Assembly (NCBI GenBank): GCA_963712115.1
Contig: CAVQGX010000037.1
Location: 125,875 to 189,874 of the forward strand
Source of the DNA: an uncultured delta proteobacterium
GTDB lineage: Bacteria > Desulfobacterota > Syntrophobacteria > BM002
Length of the DNA stretch: 64,000 bases
Reading direction: 5' to 3'
Part shown: piece by piece, positions 61,835 through 64,000 of the stretch
Layout of the letters: every line of letters begins with the position of its first letter
Position numbering within the stretch: the stretch's first letter is position 1
Made by a program: the position numbers and the translations under genes
The notes under the pieces: generated by a model
Seen by the model: the letters and a program-made list of their open reading frames with translations, nothing else
Databases searched by the model: none
What the model was told of the DNA's origin: nothing

Positions 61835-62190
61835 GATTTCAACTCCTTCAGTATGATTCTATTCGGACCCAGCGTGACTTGAGGGCGGCTAAATCCCTAC
61901 CCAACAAAGAAGAGACGATCATCGGCAGTTAGGTCGAATGTACACGGCGGTATTACGAATTTCCGCGAAACCTGATCTCATAATAAGGCTATGAACGCCA
62001 GGAGTCAAACAAAAGAGAAGGCATGCAAGTCAAGTTTTCAGGGACACCCTTGGTTATGACAAACTGTATGTCGCTGAAGTCTTTGGGGACGGATTACAGG
62101 TTTGATGCAAGTCATTGCATTCAAAGGAAGTGTAAATAGTGATGAGAAACGCAAACCCACCTCAATCAGCACTAAGGTAGAGATTGCATC

Positions 62191-62320
62191 GTGCGCCACG
62201 AAGCTGTGCAGAAGATGAGGGCGGGCCTCTCGGAATCGGCTTGCAGGAGCCGTATGAATCAAGAGGTTCACGTACGGTTCTGTGAGAACGTGGGGGTGAG
62301 ATTCCCCTGCGCTACTCGAT
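62191..62320 (+). mobile_element. Miniature group II intron-like element (GTGCG 5' end + domains V and VI), 130 nt
   Basis: Starts gtgcgccacg; DV gAGCcgtatgaatc-aaga-ggttcacgtacggttc; DVI ending ctactcgAT. Confidence 0.75.
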
Positions 62321-62499
62321 CCTTAATTCACTCTTGGCTGGGTTTCATTCCGGCACAAAATATAGTTGTCTCTCAAAGCTCCAGTGGTCTGGGCAATCCA
62401 CTCCCACCAATACGACACACTTTCTCACTTGGATTAGCCATTAAAGTGGGCTCGCCCGAAGGATACCCTTGTTGCTTTAGGAACGACCATTAAGGAAGC

Positions 62500-62905
62500 T
62501 TATTTTGAAGTCCATGTGGGCTTGTAAATACGTTTGAGAATTACGTTAGTGTGCACCGTGATAAAATCATGGAGAAATTGGAGTTCTTTATCGGGGACTT
62601 CAATGAAGCGCAGACCCATTCCCAGTAATGTATTCTTCTCATCAGAACTCAGAATGTTGGACCATATGACCTCTGCGCAAATAAATAGAGGTGCTACACT
62701 GGGGGCTTCAATGATGAGGTCAACCACCTTATGCAGTTGTAGTGGTCGATCATCTCCGTGAGGCTGGAAGTAGTATATGAATGCGCCTTGGGGATTTGAT
62801 GTTTCTCGTTGTCCCATTTATTGACCTGTCTTTGATGAGAATCTTAGCCGGCCAATTTATTAGTCTAACCCGTTTAAATGCGCGTCTTTCAATCTTTGGT
62901 TCCAT
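62500..62905 (-). CDS. PilZ domain protein with a +1 frameshift near 62795
   Basis: MEPKIERRAFKRV..WP..INGTTRNI joins NPQGAF...AEVIWS..GMGLRF if one A is removed. Confidence 0.8.
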
Positions 62906-62985
62906 GGTTGCAGATTGTGATTATTCCTTTGATTTTCTTTTTTTCTCTCCATTGCATGCCGTGGTCTTGGAGATATTTGTCTGTG

Positions 62986-63500
62986 TCAGATATGTTCTGA
63001 GATTTCACCATAAAGAAACTCTCGGTCATGCAGCATCATACGAGTGAAGCGCACTCCTATTGCAAGGAATCTTCTCTGGTCTGAAAGATTACGTTCCTCT
63101 GACCAGACGATTTGGGCAGTGCAGGGTATAAACCTTCCCTTGGCATCTAGCCCGGATGTTTCATGAATGGCTTACTGCGACCACTGATATTGCCGTCCTT
63201 CCGTGCGTCCTCGGGGTCTCGGGCCCCTGCGACGTACCGTTTCAGGTAGGCCTCGGAACCAACACCCTGCGGTTGCCCTGTGGCACGCCCATCTTCGTGG
63301 TCTCGTGACACCAATTCATGAAACATCCGGGCTAGGACTAAAGGTATTTCGGCACTGGAGTTCAATTGCTTCGATAGGCGGATCAATGCACCGCTTAGAC
63401 TGAGGTTTTCCGTTGTTCCATCAATGATGCCAGTGGGGGCCTTTATTGAAACAGGCCATTTTACCTTGGCCCTGGTGTGAAGGCGGTTTTCAGTTCCCAT
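62986..63500 (-). pseudogene. PilZ gene interrupted by MITE A copy 5
   Basis: Removing the element and one CTAG gives a 330-nt ORF: RLHTR..NLSLSG..PLVL-DAKGRFIPCTAQIVWS..IGVRF..EHI*. Confidence 0.9.
63147..63335. mobile_element. MITE family A, copy 5, with a CTAG target duplication
   Basis: ctag-cccggatgtttcatgaat ... attcatgaaacatccggg-ctag. Confidence 0.92.
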
Positions 63501-63792
63501 AGCAGATTGGAGAGATTATCTGCTCAAGTTTCTTTCTATTAGTGCTTCAGATGGTCTTAGCCTGCTCTATAATTACAGGAATGAGGGGAGAGCTGGCAAC
63601 AAAAAAATCCACTGGTATTGGGCACCAAGGGCAATTAAGGCATGCTCCACCTCTAGGTAAACCACAAGCATATCTTAGCATATTGGAGACTTAGCCTACC
63701 CGCTGGACACCTCAGTTCAATGTAGGTGGAAACTACAACCCTGCTCCTGCCCATCTACCCTGGTAGGTTAAGGGTCAGCTGTTTTAAGTGTG

Positions 63793-63961
63793 CTAGGAGT
63801 GTGTCGGACTAGCTAGCTCTCAATGGAAAAATAGGGACGCAAGGTTCAGTCGCACTGGCATTCTGACTAACGTTGACCACTCCATTCGCCGTTTTAGGGT
63901 CCCATTAGGGCCACGATGACCACCAAGTGTCCAATAAAGAGGTACTCCGACAGACTCCTAG
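63793..63961 (-). mobile_element. MITE family B, copy 2
   Basis: Identical to 59146-59314 in inverted orientation. Confidence 0.9.
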
Positions 63962-64000
63962 TCACTTGGTCATGCTCTCCGGTTATGGTTGATTCCTTTT

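Noticed and set aside
1-64000. CRISPR array, tRNA or rRNA genes
   Set aside because: No regularly spaced repeat-spacer array, cas gene or tRNA/rRNA-like sequence seen; periodic repeats are coding PKD and CBM domains

Overview
Bacterial DNA; the gene content suggests Desulfobacterota/deltaproteobacteria (inference from stand-alone PilZ genes, CFI-box-CTERM proteins, many sigma54 promoters and a 7TM-HD protein). About 1-36.5 kb is a surface-polysaccharide locus: roughly ten glycosyltransferases, four sulfotransferases, a GT23/NodZ-like fucosyltransferase, gmd/fcl/ugd, a Wzy/ligase-like protein, and an AsnB-like enzyme lacking the glutaminase Cys. Secreted carbohydrate-binding and Ig-repeat proteins are interspersed, three of them with CFI-box-CTERM tails. 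At 43.7-49.6 kb lies a lasso-peptide-like RiPP cassette: PqqD/RRE, an unannotated 39-aa precursor (44492-44611, core CIPPPYGWDNKPR), an HPr-kinase-like kinase, a B-type protease, an ABC exporter and a nucleotidyltransferase, but no cyclase of its own. Regulatory signals include seven sigma54 promoters, a shared upstream enhancer-like motif, a c-di-GMP-I riboswitch, three PilZ genes and a structured terminator-containing leader. Mobile DNA includes an intact IS1595, an IS1380 remnant, three MITE families (one copy splits a PilZ gene) and two 130-140 nt miniature group II intron-like elements. Several single-base frameshifts may be sequencing errors.
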